This document shows positions 40,769-50,659 of a DNA stretch of 64,000 nucleotides, in pieces. Under the pieces are notes generated by a model. The model searched no databases, was not told the DNA's origin, and worked only from the letters and a program-made list of their open reading frames with translations. Made by a program: the position numbers and the translations under genes. The stretch is from Candidatus Binatia bacterium. Its GTDB lineage: Bacteria; Desulfobacterota; Binatia; Bin18. Where the stretch lies: NCBI GenBank assembly GCA_963664395.2, contig OY761159.2:2464001-2528000 (forward strand), in the 5' to 3' direction. Each line of letters opens with the position of its first letter. The first letter of the stretch is position 1.

Positions 40769-41104
40769 CTATAACGGCCCCTGTTGGCCTTCAACCTCAG
40801 GCTTGCCGGGGAAGCGTTCGACCTTGATAGCGTTTTCCCTCTGTCGAGCCTGGGCGATATCGTAGCTGTTCTGCATTCGCATGAGCGTGTCCATGCCAAC
40901 GCCGAAAGCCTTCTCGATGCGCAGAGCCATTTCTGGGGAAAGCGAGGAGCGCCCGTTCAGCAGTGCCGAGAGCGCAGGCCGCGTGACGCCCAGCGCCCTT
41001 GCGGCTTCCGTGACGGAAAGTTTCAGCGGCTCGATAATTTCGGTTTTGACAAACCCACCCGGATGAGGCGGATTCTTCAGCCTATAGCTTTTGGATGTCT
41101 CCAT
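40769..41104 (-). CDS. higA: HigA family antitoxin
   Basis: PPHPGGFVK...LSVTEAARALGVTRPALSALLNG...SPEMALRIEKAFG...MQNSYD. Confidence 0.88.
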   Translation of the reverse strand: METSKSYRLKNPPHPGGFVKTEIIEPLKLSVTEAARALGVTRPALSALLNGRSSLSPEMALRIEKAFGVGMDTLMRMQNSYDIAQARQRENAIKVERFPGKPEVEGQQGPL

Positions 41105-41138
41105 GGTTTTCACCCTTTCAGTCAAAGTATGGGATAGC

Positions 41139-42617
41139 CTAACGCACAGCCTGGCGCATCAGCCGGTGCCCGGCCAAACGGAGGCCGCGAGCGGCTAAGG
41201 CGATCTGCCAGCCCTCTCGGGTGCCGATTAACTCGGGCTTTTCGTACAGTCCCTTTTTCTCTTCTTGGCGGGTCAGGCGGGAGAATTTTTCATACAGGGG
41301 ATGATCTGTGGAGATAAATGTTTCTTTCCGGTGCAAAATCGGCGGATTGGGTGAATCCTGGTAGTTGCGGTACCGAATCTTGAACGTTTGCAAGGGAACG
41401 ATAAGGGAGCTGGCGAGAGCGGGATGCGGATCGCGCTCGAAGTCCGGGTAGGAGAGATAAGAAACGCGGGGTTTGTCTCTGTGCAGCTTGATAATGTTCG
41501 CGTTTTCGACAACCCCGATATATGCCCGCGCACAGCCTTCAAAGGCGCGCAAGATGGGCGGGAGGTGCGGCAGGGCTGATTCGTGAACGTATAAGGCTTC
41601 GCGCGTCAGTTTCCCAACAGGCGCGGTACGACACGCCTGATCGACCGCAGTACGATCACCGGCGGAGAAAAGGAGATCATCGGCGAGAGAGCAGGCGCGG
41701 CTATAGGACGAGAAAAACGCACGGACATCATGCTGTAAATCGCGGGGTAATTGCGTAAAGCGCGGGCGGCCCTCAAAACGGGAGAGCGCAACATACAGGA
41801 GAATATCCTGCTGACGCTCGGCTCGAATTTTACTCCACTCTTCATCGCCGGTGACGCGCCGGATGACGCCATACGCCCGTTTGAGACTCCCCAACGCCTG
41901 GCAAATGAGTTCCGTCTCCGGCAGCTCAGCGTCTTCCGGTAAGCGCCCGCGGGCCGTCAGAAATCCGATCAGCGGTTCCAAGATGTCTTTGTGTTGTTCA
42001 AACAGGACTTCGCTGAGACGTTGGCGCGGAACCGTAAACTGGCGTCGATACCGAGAGGCGGCAAAGGACTGGCGTTGCTGCGAGTCCCGAAACACATAGA
42101 AAATCCCCGGTCCGGCCGGCACGCTCGGAGTACCGAGAACAGTGTCGATCCACTCGCGTAATTCTTGCTGTTCAAAGAATTTCTGGAATGTCCCCAAGCG
42201 CGTAATACCGCCGTCGGTGTGGGGGGTCAGCGTAGCGAACGCTGTTTCTAGTGTGAGGCGGGCAGAGACAATCAGCACTTTCCGGGTCAACTCCCACGCC
42301 TGCCGGAGGGCTTCGGTGCGCTCGCGGGGGTTTTCGATCACGTTGACTACGTAGCCAAGATTCACAATATCGGCTGGAGTCTGCTCGTTGTCCGGGAAAT
42401 AGGCCGGGTCCCAGCCCTGGCAGGGAATCTGCCGATGTCTGAGATGCAGAATATCCGTTCCCCGCCCGCAGCCATAATCAAAGACGGTTGTCTCTGGGGT
42501 GATAAGGCCAGCCTCAAGGGCGAGCCGGACCGGACGGGAGAGGTCGGTCCGGGTGATTGCGGTGCGATGTCGCTCAATCGTGGGCGCTGCCATCGGCTCG
42601 TCGGCTGCTCGTGCCAT
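41139..42617 (-). CDS. DNA phosphorothioation-associated putative methyltransferase
   Basis: RHRTAITR..LSRP, SAM-binding FDYGCGRG.D, GWDP, VNLGYVVNVIE, TFQKFF.Q, YPDFERDPHPAL, NPPILHRKE; start uncertain (42593, 42617 or 42713). Confidence 0.85.
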   Translation of the reverse strand: MARAADEPMAAPTIERHRTAITRTDLSRPVRLALEAGLITPETTVFDYGCGRGTDILHLRHRQIPCQGWDPAYFPDNEQTPADIVNLGYVVNVIENPRERTEALRQAWELTRKVLIVSARLTLETAFATLTPHTDGGITRLGTFQKFFEQQELREWIDTVLGTPSVPAGPGIFYVFRDSQQRQSFAASRYRRQFTVPRQRLSEVLFEQHKDILEPLIGFLTARGRLPEDAELPETELICQALGSLKRAYGVIRRVTGDEEWSKIRAERQQDILLYVALSRFEGRPRFTQLPRDLQHDVRAFFSSYSRACSLADDLLFSAGDRTAVDQACRTAPVGKLTREALYVHESALPHLPPILRAFEGCARAYIGVVENANIIKLHRDKPRVSYLSYPDFERDPHPALASSLIVPLQTFKIRYRNYQDSPNPPILHRKETFISTDHPLYEKFSRLTRQEEKKGLYEKPELIGTREGWQIALAARGLRLAGHRLMRQAVR

Positions 42618-42771
42618 GAGTTGCCGAGCAGGGTTCTCCGGTTGGCCACTATAGTCCTGGTTCGGCGTGTGCTCAATATCGACCCGTGTCTCGTTGCCGA
42701 ACCCCTTGCACACTTTCGTCCGGCTTGACTACAATGGCCGACTGAATTGAGGGTAAAAGGAGGAACTCGGA

Positions 42772-43275
42772 ATGGCTAAAGTTGGACAAGTATTTGATGC
42801 GCTGGACGCGGCCCTAGTGCGTACGGATAAGGAAGAGTGGATTCAGAGCGGCGACGGGAATCAGTTCAAGGTGTTGCGGATCAGTAAAGAGACGGGTGCC
42901 TGGAGCGCGCTTATCAAAGCCGACAAGGGCCAGGTGAATCCGCCCCATACGCATTTGGGCGCGGCCGATTTCTACGTCATCTCCGGGGGCTTTGACTATC
43001 GGGGTGGGTCTGCCCGGGCCGGGGATTGGGTCTACGAACCGGCCGGTGCGGTGCACGAAGCAACCTCACATCCTGTTGATACCGTCTATCTGGCCAACGT
43101 CTATGGCCCGGTCGGTTTCCACGATGAGAAGGGCAATATCGCCCATGTGCTTGACTGGCGGGCGATTCAACTGATGGTTGATGAGGACAAAAAGAAGCGG
43201 GCGAAGACGAAGCGGAGTACGAAAAAGCGAGCGACAGCCACCAAAACCACTCGGAGCCGGAGAAAAGCCGCCTAA
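42772..43275 (+). CDS. Cupin-domain protein (dihydroxyacetophenone dioxygenase-like) with a Lys/Arg-rich tail
   Basis: PPHTHLG, GDWVYEPAGAVHEA; tail KKKRAKTKRSTKKRATATKTTRSRRKAA. Confidence 0.75.
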   Translation: MAKVGQVFDALDAALVRTDKEEWIQSGDGNQFKVLRISKETGAWSALIKADKGQVNPPHTHLGAADFYVISGGFDYRGGSARAGDWVYEPAGAVHEATSHPVDTVYLANVYGPVGFHDEKGNIAHVLDWRAIQLMVDEDKKKRAKTKRSTKKRATATKTTRSRRKAA

Positions 43276-43420
43276 GCAGTAGTGCGCCAGGACCCCTGCT
43301 CACCGCAAAAGTGTGATGAGGTTGCAGAAAAGGGCTACGCCGGGTTTGTGTTGAAATAAAGGGGCGCTGGCAGGTTCTCAAACGAGGTCATTTAATACCT
43401 CGGTTCGGAGCGTCTGCCCC

Positions 43421-44575
43421 TCACTCCGATCCCGATTGTCCCGTGGCTGGGGGCATGTGCACGCCATCAAGATAGACTGCCACGGGTCGGGAAAGCGTCA
43501 GGAGATCGCGTTGAGGATCTGCGTCGAGAATGAGGAAGCTTGCGGCGTGCCCAGGGGCGAGGGTTCCAAGCCCGTCCCCGAAACCCCAAAATTGTGCTGG
43601 TATCGTCGTCCCGGCAGCGAGAATTGCTTGACTATCAAGGCCAGCCTTGCCCAAGAGTTCGAGTTCTTGCGGATTAATCCCGGCAAAGGTCGTATAGCCC
43701 ATGTCGGTCCCGTACAGCACGGTGGCACCGCCTGCTCGCAACCGACGCAGGTTCTCCGCCGGCTCGGCTAAATCGGGGAACGCGGCCAGGGTGGAAATGA
43801 CTGCGCGACCGGACCACGCTTGCACTGTCGTATCGCTGAGGGGTTCGGTTGGTGTATGCGCCAGAACATCAACCCCAGCCACCGCAGCCCGCCGGACATC
43901 AATATCATTGAGCGCATGCGCGACAACGCGCATGCCATATGAATGCGCTTGATCGACAATGGTCTTCATTTCCCGACCGCTTAGAATGGAGGGGTTTTTG
44001 GCCATTGAAAGGGCTCCCCCACCTGTTGCGTCGCCAACTGGTATCTTGATAACTCGAGCCCCTGCTGCATGCAGACGGTCCACTGCTTCTCGGGCAGCCT
44101 GAACGCCACTGATTTCCAATCCGTATCCATCGCTTCCCCAGCTCCGGGTTGGGTACCCGGTTATGGCTGTCACCATCGGGCCAGCAAGAATTGTTTGGAG
44201 CGGCTTAAGATCTTTTGTCAGGAACGAAACCGGAGCGGCCAAATCAACCGCCGCGGCGATCCCACCGCGAGCGAGCTCAGGCGCACTGAAGCGGTAGGCT
44301 AAATGGACGTGGCTGTCGATAAAAGCAGGCGCAAGATAACGACCGTCTGCGTTCACGGTACGGAGGGTATTGCTCGGCGCTGCCGAGGTAATCTCTTCGA
44401 TTCGGCCGGCCCGAACAACCAGCGTTGCTTTCCCGTGGCCCACGATATGCCCGCCGACCAGCGCGAAGGTTGTTGTACTGTCTTCCTGAGGGGATACGCG
44501 CTCGTCAGCCAGGAGCGTGGACGACATCACCAGGGCACTCAACGCAATACATAAGACTGCTGTAGGCATATGCAA
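43421..44575 (-). CDS. Amidohydrolase family protein (secreted)
   Basis: Signal peptide, PAFIDSHVH, VVAHA, LAH, YGTDMG, GTLAPGHAASF. Confidence 0.85.
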   Translation of the reverse strand: MHMPTAVLCIALSALVMSSTLLADERVSPQEDSTTTFALVGGHIVGHGKATLVVRAGRIEEITSAAPSNTLRTVNADGRYLAPAFIDSHVHLAYRFSAPELARGGIAAAVDLAAPVSFLTKDLKPLQTILAGPMVTAITGYPTRSWGSDGYGLEISGVQAAREAVDRLHAAGARVIKIPVGDATGGGALSMAKNPSILSGREMKTIVDQAHSYGMRVVAHALNDIDVRRAAVAGVDVLAHTPTEPLSDTTVQAWSGRAVISTLAAFPDLAEPAENLRRLRAGGATVLYGTDMGYTTFAGINPQELELLGKAGLDSQAILAAGTTIPAQFWGFGDGLGTLAPGHAASFLILDADPQRDLLTLSRPVAVYLDGVHMPPATGQSGSE

Positions 44576-44664
44576 GAACCTCTGCCTTTCAACAGGACGT
44601 CTGAAGGGAGAAGCGAGAGTACGGAGGGATGTCAGCCTGCATACTCTCGCACAGCCAGCGGCCC

Positions 44665-45447
44665 CTATCTGCGGTCAATGAACACGCGCTCTTTGGCTAT
44701 CCACATGGCTGAGCGTGGAAAATCAATAAAGTGGGACTCATCCTCCACCGCGATCTCCATTGCGCGCTTTGCTTCCGGGATGTTGGCCAGCGTTGCGAGG
44801 TCGGCGCGGCTGAACCAGGCTTCGGCATGGCCGGTGTAGGGTGGGGTGGTTGTCCCACGGCTGGCCCGCAGCTGGTCTTCGAGTTCGTCCGCGTAGTAGT
44901 GGACCTGGAGATAGCGCTGCATGCCCATGCCCTGGGCCACTCCTCGAATAACCGGGCCGTGGTTGGTGCGCCAGTACAGTTGCGCCTGTTCGAGGCTGAG
45001 ACTCTCTGGATGGCGGAGACAAAAGAAAATTTTCACCAAGGGACTATATTCCCGCGCCACCATTTCTTCCGGCGTCGGGTTGACCTGCGGATACTCATAG
45101 TTGAACCACAGGGGCGAGTGGGCCAGATCGATGAAGCGCGCTTCATCCTCGACGAGTTCTTGTGCCGCCGCCTGACCGGCCGCGCTCCCAAAGGTTGAGG
45201 TGAGCGCCGCGCGGTTGGGCCACCACACTTCCGCCACACCGTCATAGGGTTCCTCCATGCCGCCGCGGGCTTCGGCAAGCTGGTCGTTGATAGGATCGTC
45301 CAAGGTGTGCACCTGCACATAGCGCAGGATATTCAGAGCGGTGGAACTCTTTGCCACCAATGGGCCATGCACTTCCCGCCAGTATTGTTGGAATTCGACC
45401 CGTGACATACTGGGCTTGCGACGCAGTACAAAGGTTAAGCGAATCAT
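44665..45447 (-). CDS. Tandem EthD-domain protein
   Basis: Two repeats: YWREVHGPL...YDGVAEVW...DEARFID and YWRTNHGPV...YTGHAEAW...DESHFID. Confidence 0.85.
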   Translation of the reverse strand: MIRLTFVLRRKPSMSRVEFQQYWREVHGPLVAKSSTALNILRYVQVHTLDDPINDQLAEARGGMEEPYDGVAEVWWPNRAALTSTFGSAAGQAAAQELVEDEARFIDLAHSPLWFNYEYPQVNPTPEEMVAREYSPLVKIFFCLRHPESLSLEQAQLYWRTNHGPVIRGVAQGMGMQRYLQVHYYADELEDQLRASRGTTTPPYTGHAEAWFSRADLATLANIPEAKRAMEIAVEDESHFIDFPRSAMWIAKERVFIDRR

Positions 45448-45574
45448 GGGGACCTCCTTTTTGCTCGGTCATGACAGCGGAGCGCTGAGTCTTCCCCGTC
45501 TGTAGTCACCGGGGCCGCCGTTGTCCAACCGTCGTCATAGCGCGTCGGACCGAGGCCGTAAAGCGTTGGACGAC

Positions 45575-46840
45575 TCAACCCAGCAGGTCTTCATCACTCC
45601 GTATGTATGGGTCTCCCTCTGTACCGACCTCGGCTTGATTATTAGGCAGGCCGTTGCTCACCAGAATTGGCTGGTCGCCGGCTCTATCGAGATCATTGGC
45701 AAGCAGGCGGGCCGTGACCCTATTCTGGCTCGTTTGACTTTTCTCCGTTCCGCCTGCCCCCTGCATCACAATGGCCGGCGACTTCCCAGTGAGAACATTC
45801 CGAGAGAGTGTCGCAACGACCACATTTTCTTTGGTCTTCACGTCGTCCAGGCCGACCCCACCGACCAAACGGATCGCGTTTGTTTTCCAATCTGAAATCT
45901 CGTTCTGATCAATAACGACGCGACAGGTGTTATGCCGGGCCTCTCCCAGTGCCCCGTGGACTGCGATGCCAATCGGGCTGTTGGAGATCCTATTTCTTGA
46001 AATAAAGCCGGTCAGCTGACCGTGTTGAGGCACCTTCTCTGCGAGGGGAATGGCGGTCAGGATATTGATACCAAACTGTTTGTTGCCCCGGAGCGTATTG
46101 TCTGCGACGGTCAGCGCCTGTCGATTGGACGAAGGTCCAAAAGAACACGAAAACAGCAGGCCGCCCCGTTCACAATCTTCAATCGTATTGCGGAGGATGG
46201 TTGCATCAAAGGATACCGCGTCCTGTTCGGGGAAGAAACAGATGAAGGCGAGCCCATCGGCAAAGCAGCGGCGCATGATATTGTCGGTAATAGAGAGATG
46301 GTTGCGTTGTCCGAACCGGGCTTCCGCAAAAATATGATGGCCTTGGCGCGCGCCCGTTCCACGTGGCAAGCCTGGCTCAAACCGTTCCAGTCCATTGTCT
46401 GAAAAATCACAGTCTGTTATTACTGCGTCGGTCACGCCGCATAAGAAAATCCCGTGATCTCCGTGTTCACTGATTGTGCACGATCGGATCGTGACCGAGG
46501 CGGACGGGGGAACACCAATGCCGTGTCCTCCGCCCTTCGTTACGGTCACTCCGCCGAGACTTGCCCCATCTTTGAGGACGACAACCGACTGATCTGGCCA
46601 GATAGGATGAAAGGAAGGGGAGAAGTACCCTTCTCCGTCAATAATGCACTCCTCTCTATCAGCGCCTTGGACACGGATGCCAGGCGGAAGAGTTAACGGG
46701 AAGCGTTCCCCGGTCAGAGACGGAGAGTAATGTCCTGGCCCAACAAGGACAACATCGTTCGGCTGTGCCTGTTGGAGTGCATCTGAGAGTGAGCGCGTAT
46801 CAGCACAAGCATCGTGAGGTGAGACAAAAATCGTCTTCAT
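45575..46840 (-). CDS. Right-handed parallel beta-helix (DUF1565-like) protein
   Basis: SLSDALQQA..D.V.VGPG.YS...GE.FPL N-terminus; repeated I..N.I strands. Confidence 0.75.
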   Translation of the reverse strand: MKTIFVSPHDACADTRSLSDALQQAQPNDVVLVGPGHYSPSLTGERFPLTLPPGIRVQGADREECIIDGEGYFSPSFHPIWPDQSVVVLKDGASLGGVTVTKGGGHGIGVPPSASVTIRSCTISEHGDHGIFLCGVTDAVITDCDFSDNGLERFEPGLPRGTGARQGHHIFAEARFGQRNHLSITDNIMRRCFADGLAFICFFPEQDAVSFDATILRNTIEDCERGGLLFSCSFGPSSNRQALTVADNTLRGNKQFGINILTAIPLAEKVPQHGQLTGFISRNRISNSPIGIAVHGALGEARHNTCRVVIDQNEISDWKTNAIRLVGGVGLDDVKTKENVVVATLSRNVLTGKSPAIVMQGAGGTEKSQTSQNRVTARLLANDLDRAGDQPILVSNGLPNNQAEVGTEGDPYIRSDEDLLG

Positions 46841-46909
46841 AGTCTTCCTCTGAATCTGTATACTAAATCCAAAAAACCGCTAAGTACCTATAAAAGCTAG
46901 GGAAAGGTC

Positions 46910-46941
46910 AAAAAAAGGCCCGGATGCTTGCATCCGGGCCT
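46910..46941 (-). terminator. Intrinsic terminator
   Basis: Stem aggcccggatg/catccgggcct followed by U7 on the minus strand. Confidence 0.8.
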
Positions 46942-47202
46942 AGGGCTCAAGACGACGGGGTTCCCACACTCCAGGCGTCTCTACGTACCCAGCAGCCTAG
47001 CGAACTCCCCCCCCAGGGTCAATACCTGAGGCATCACAAAAAGCGCTATTTCTGTCAAATTTTGAAAGAACTGTTGAAGGAATTTAGAACATTCTGTTAT
47101 TTTGGAATTCTTATTTTTAGCAACACCATTTTAAGTTGACGAACCCCTTGTTCCCAAAGGACTTTTTTTTGAAAAAACTTTTTCCAAAATGCTATTTGGC
47201 TA

Positions 47203-47231
47203 TTGACGCTTTTTTGCTATTTTGGTAAAAA
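47203..47231 (+). promoter_or_regulatory. Sigma-70-like promoter
   Basis: TTGACG-N17-TAAAAA with an extended TG, in an AT-rich intergenic region. Confidence 0.5.
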
Positions 47232-47439
47232 GCTGTTTCGGAATGAGCTCCGCCTAGGGTTCACGGTCAGAAATGGGGTTCCCAACCGAGAATGGAAACC
47301 GTTGAAAATGAACGCGAGCGGCGGCTGTGCTTGCCCGGGTTCCCTTTCAACTTTCCACACACACTCTGGACGCGGACGCTACTACGAAGTAGGCAGGATC
47401 GACACAGGAGTTGATCCGCAGGCGAGCAAATTCAAGAGA

Positions 47440-47471
47440 AGAAAGGCCCTGTGAAGGGCCTTTCTATTTTT
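47440..47471 (+). terminator. Intrinsic terminator
   Basis: agaaaggccct-gtga-agggcctttct followed by a T-rich tract. Confidence 0.8.
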
Positions 47472-47484
47472 CAGGTAGAAACCT

Positions 47485-47868
47485 ATGGCAACTGACCCGA
47501 CCGAAAAGGTTCCCAAGATAAAGGTCTCCAGCGCCTATCCAGGCGAATGGTATATTGTTGAGGTGGATGGCGGCGATGGTGGTTTATCTATGGAGCTGCG
47601 TCGTCCCGTTGGCGAGGAAGACTCGGATGTCTTCCACCTCAATATTACAACAACGGCGCGCCCCTTTGATGTCAAAAGCACACGTAATGGTGGAGAGACG
47701 CATACACACGAAGGCGCCCATGCTACCCAATTGACGTTTACCAGTCCCCAAGCGGTCTGGCCGGACTTCGTCCGTTGTATCCAGGCCCTCGCCAGCGTGT
47801 TTGACACGCTGGCAACCATACCGCTTGATCGTGAAAAGGTCCGCGAAAATCTTCTGAAGAAGAAATGA
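47485..47868 (+). CDS. Hypothetical protein
   Basis: 127-aa ORF with protein-like composition and no competing credible ORF. Confidence 0.6.
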   Translation: MATDPTEKVPKIKVSSAYPGEWYIVEVDGGDGGLSMELRRPVGEEDSDVFHLNITTTARPFDVKSTRNGGETHTHEGAHATQLTFTSPQAVWPDFVRCIQALASVFDTLATIPLDREKVRENLLKKK

Positions 47869-47896
47869 CAGGCCTGAGCGACGGACCTTCGCCGTC

Positions 47897-49099
47897 CTAC
47901 TCGGCCGCGTAGCCCTTTTGTGTCCGGACCACTACGTCAGGCCGGGTGCTTTCCACGCGGACACTCCGGTACTGATTTCCACCCCCCGAAGACGCATAGC
48001 CGATACTGTATTGGAAGCGCAGCTCACGCGAGATGGTCTGGGTCGCCGTATCAAGCACGGCTTTGCTGCCAACCACGTCCCGGGTATTGAGAAGGAAGTG
48101 GCGCCCGCCTGTTTCATCACTCATCCGCTGAAGCGTTTTTGAATCAACCCGCTCATCTCGCCCACCAACGACAACGCCAAATGGGCCGATGGTGAACCCG
48201 CCTCCACCTTGGGCGTAGCGCCGCTGCGGATTGCCTATCCCAATCGTATAAATAAGAACGCCAGAACGCCGCGAGACGTTAATCGTTTGCGTGAGGGAGG
48301 ACAGGCTGGCGGTATCCATGCCGTCTGTCATCACAATGAGTGCTTTCTTCGGGTGTTTGCCCCGTTTCACCCGCCGCAGGCCGGTGAGAATAGCATCGTA
48401 CAGGGATGTCCCGCCCCGTGGACGGAGTAAGCCGATGCCCTGTGCCAGGAGCATCCGACTGTCAGTGAAGTCTTGCACCAAAAATGGTTGCGCGTTGAAT
48501 CCGGCCAGGAAGACCTCATCCTGGAGCTTAATCGAATGAATAAACCGACGCAGGGCGTGGCCGGCATGCGCAATCTTATTGTGCATACTTGCACTCGAAT
48601 CTACGATGAGGCCCAGACTGACCGGTTCATTCTCGCCATTATTGAAATACGTAATCTCCTGGCGAGTATCGCCTTCATACACCACAAAATCACCGGGTTG
48701 CAGCCCAGGGATATAGCCGCCATTTTGATCCGTCACGGTGACTGTCACGAGTTGCTTGGGACGTGGGCGAATGGGCTGGGGGAGAGACGGAATACGCGCT
48801 TGCTGACTCGGAGGAGGAAGAGAGGGACGTTGGGGTTGGACGGGGATTTCAAGCACCTGCTTGCCGGAGGGACCCGGCCGTTGGGGGGCTGGAGTGATGG
48901 TCCGCTGCTCCGAAGGCGGGGGTTTCTTGCCTTGCCAGCCTTCGGTTTGAAGCGCCCTTTCCTGAATTATATCCTGCGTCACATCCTGCGTCACATCCTG
49001 CGTCACATCCTGGGTAAAAACAGGGGTCACACTCAGGAGGACAAGTCCTATCCCAAGCAAAATGCCAGCGAAAAGGGGGGTCTGGCGCATAATACGCAT
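47897..49099 (-). CDS. VWA domain-containing secreted protein
   Basis: Signal peptide, MIDAS motif DSSAS, GGTSLYDA, MTDGMD, ETGGR; Pro/Gln-rich linker. Confidence 0.88.
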   Translation of the reverse strand: MRIMRQTPLFAGILLGIGLVLLSVTPVFTQDVTQDVTQDVTQDIIQERALQTEGWQGKKPPPSEQRTITPAPQRPGPSGKQVLEIPVQPQRPSLPPPSQQARIPSLPQPIRPRPKQLVTVTVTDQNGGYIPGLQPGDFVVYEGDTRQEITYFNNGENEPVSLGLIVDSSASMHNKIAHAGHALRRFIHSIKLQDEVFLAGFNAQPFLVQDFTDSRMLLAQGIGLLRPRGGTSLYDAILTGLRRVKRGKHPKKALIVMTDGMDTASLSSLTQTINVSRRSGVLIYTIGIGNPQRRYAQGGGGFTIGPFGVVVGGRDERVDSKTLQRMSDETGGRHFLLNTRDVVGSKAVLDTATQTISRELRFQYSIGYASSGGGNQYRSVRVESTRPDVVVRTQKGYAAE

Positions 49100-49255
49100 A
49101 ATAGTCGCCTCTGTGTGCGACCTTAAACTCTTCTCTACACGGGAACAAGAGGGAATTGGGGGAATTGGGTACGTTGCGACCAGAGCGTCGTGAACCAGTC
49201 TCCTTGACCTGGGAAAAGCGAGCGCTTATGACGGTCCGACAGAACGGAGAGAGCT

Positions 49256-49774
49256 ATGATTATTCCGCATCATGGTAGGACTCCTCAGATTGATCCCAGC
49301 GCGTATATCCAGAGGAGCGCTCAGATTATTGGCGATGTTCGGATCGGTCCGGAATCCAGCGTCTGGTTTAATTCGGTCGTCCGCGGCGATGTGTGCCATA
49401 TCCGGCTTGGGGCACGGGTCAATATCCAAGACAATTCCACCATTCACGTCTTTAGTGGCGGAATCCCAACCATCCTCGGCGACGGTGTATCTGTTGCCCA
49501 TAATGTTGTGGTGCATGCGTGTAGCATTGGTGATTTCACTTTAGTCGGCATGGGCGCTATTGTCCTGGATGGGGCTGAAGTGGGGAAAGAATGTCTCGTT
49601 GGCGCAGGGGCGGTCGTCACCCCACGGACGAAGATTCCGCCGCATTCGCTGGTGCTTGGGAACCCAGGCAAGGTGATCCGCTCGCTCACACCCGAGGAAG
49701 TTGAATCGCTCCACCGCTCGGCGAATAATTATGTCAGGTTTTCACGTGAGTATATTGAGCAAGGAATTGAATAG
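49256..49774 (+). CDS. Gamma carbonic anhydrase family protein
   Basis: IIGDVRIG..SSVWF.SVVRGD, NIQDNSTIH, HNVVVHAC hexapeptide repeats. Confidence 0.92.
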   Translation: MIIPHHGRTPQIDPSAYIQRSAQIIGDVRIGPESSVWFNSVVRGDVCHIRLGARVNIQDNSTIHVFSGGIPTILGDGVSVAHNVVVHACSIGDFTLVGMGAIVLDGAEVGKECLVGAGAVVTPRTKIPPHSLVLGNPGKVIRSLTPEEVESLHRSANNYVRFSREYIEQGIE

Positions 49775-49852
49775 CGGCCACCGTCCAGGCCACCAAGCAG
49801 AGGATTGGTGGGTCTCTCTGGCAGAGTATTCGGGCAGGCCGGCGACAGGGCG

Positions 49853-50539
49853 TTATAGAAACCCATAACGGGGCTGAGAACGCCGGAGAGGCAGAAGCAA
49901 GAGCGCCCCTGCAACAAAACCGCCAACATGCGCCCACCACGCCACACCGCCTCCCATATGCACTGCCGAGGCGGCCAGGCCATTCACAAATTGGAACAGG
50001 AACCACAGCGCGAGAAAAATGACAGCCGGTACCGAGATGACTTGGAAGAAGAAAAAAATGGGAATGAGGGTCACAACACGGGCATGGGGGAAGAGAACGA
50101 AATAGCCGCCCATGACGCCTGCAATCGCACCGCTCGCGCCAATAACAGGAATGTGAGAGTACGGTCCGGTCAGATAGTGCAAATAAGTCGCAGCCACGCC
50201 GCAGCCAAGGTAGTACGCCAGATAGCGTCCTTTTCCCAAGCGATCTTCAACGTTGTCACCAAAAATCCAAAGAATCCACATATTGCCAATCAGGTGCAAC
50301 CAGCCGCTGTGTACAAACATGGAACTGAACATAGGGCCGAAGCGTGTCGAGAGATTCCACGGCTCAGTTTCAGAGATGGAGAGGTAATGGGCGGGCACAA
50401 AGCCGTACAAGGCGAAAAATCGCTCCAGCCCCGTACCAAGCCCAAGCTCATACAGAAAGACGAGAACATTAAGACCAATACATGTGAGGGTAACAAGTGG
50501 AAGCGATTGGGATGGAATAGTGTCGCGGAGCGGAATCAT
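49853..50539 (-). CDS. Rhomboid family intramembrane serine protease
   Basis: MIPLRD start, HSGWLHLIGNM, GASGA, AWWAHVGGF. Confidence 0.92.
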   Translation of the reverse strand: MIPLRDTIPSQSLPLVTLTCIGLNVLVFLYELGLGTGLERFFALYGFVPAHYLSISETEPWNLSTRFGPMFSSMFVHSGWLHLIGNMWILWIFGDNVEDRLGKGRYLAYYLGCGVAATYLHYLTGPYSHIPVIGASGAIAGVMGGYFVLFPHARVVTLIPIFFFFQVISVPAVIFLALWFLFQFVNGLAASAVHMGGGVAWWAHVGGFVAGALLLLPLRRSQPRYGFL

Positions 50540-50659
50540 AACACCGTCTCTTCCGTCTACAGTGTGCCAGAACGAACGGAAAAGAAAGCCTCCCCTGACG
50601 GGCAGTAATGTGTGACTCTCCCCACTACCGTCCTGTGTACGAGGTGGTAAGGTAACGGC

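Noticed and set aside
46910-47471. tRNA, tmRNA, SRP, RNase P or a common riboswitch
   Set aside because: No T-loop/CCA end and no TPP, SAM, cobalamin, glycine or c-di-GMP consensus recognisable by eye; kept only as an unknown ncRNA candidate.
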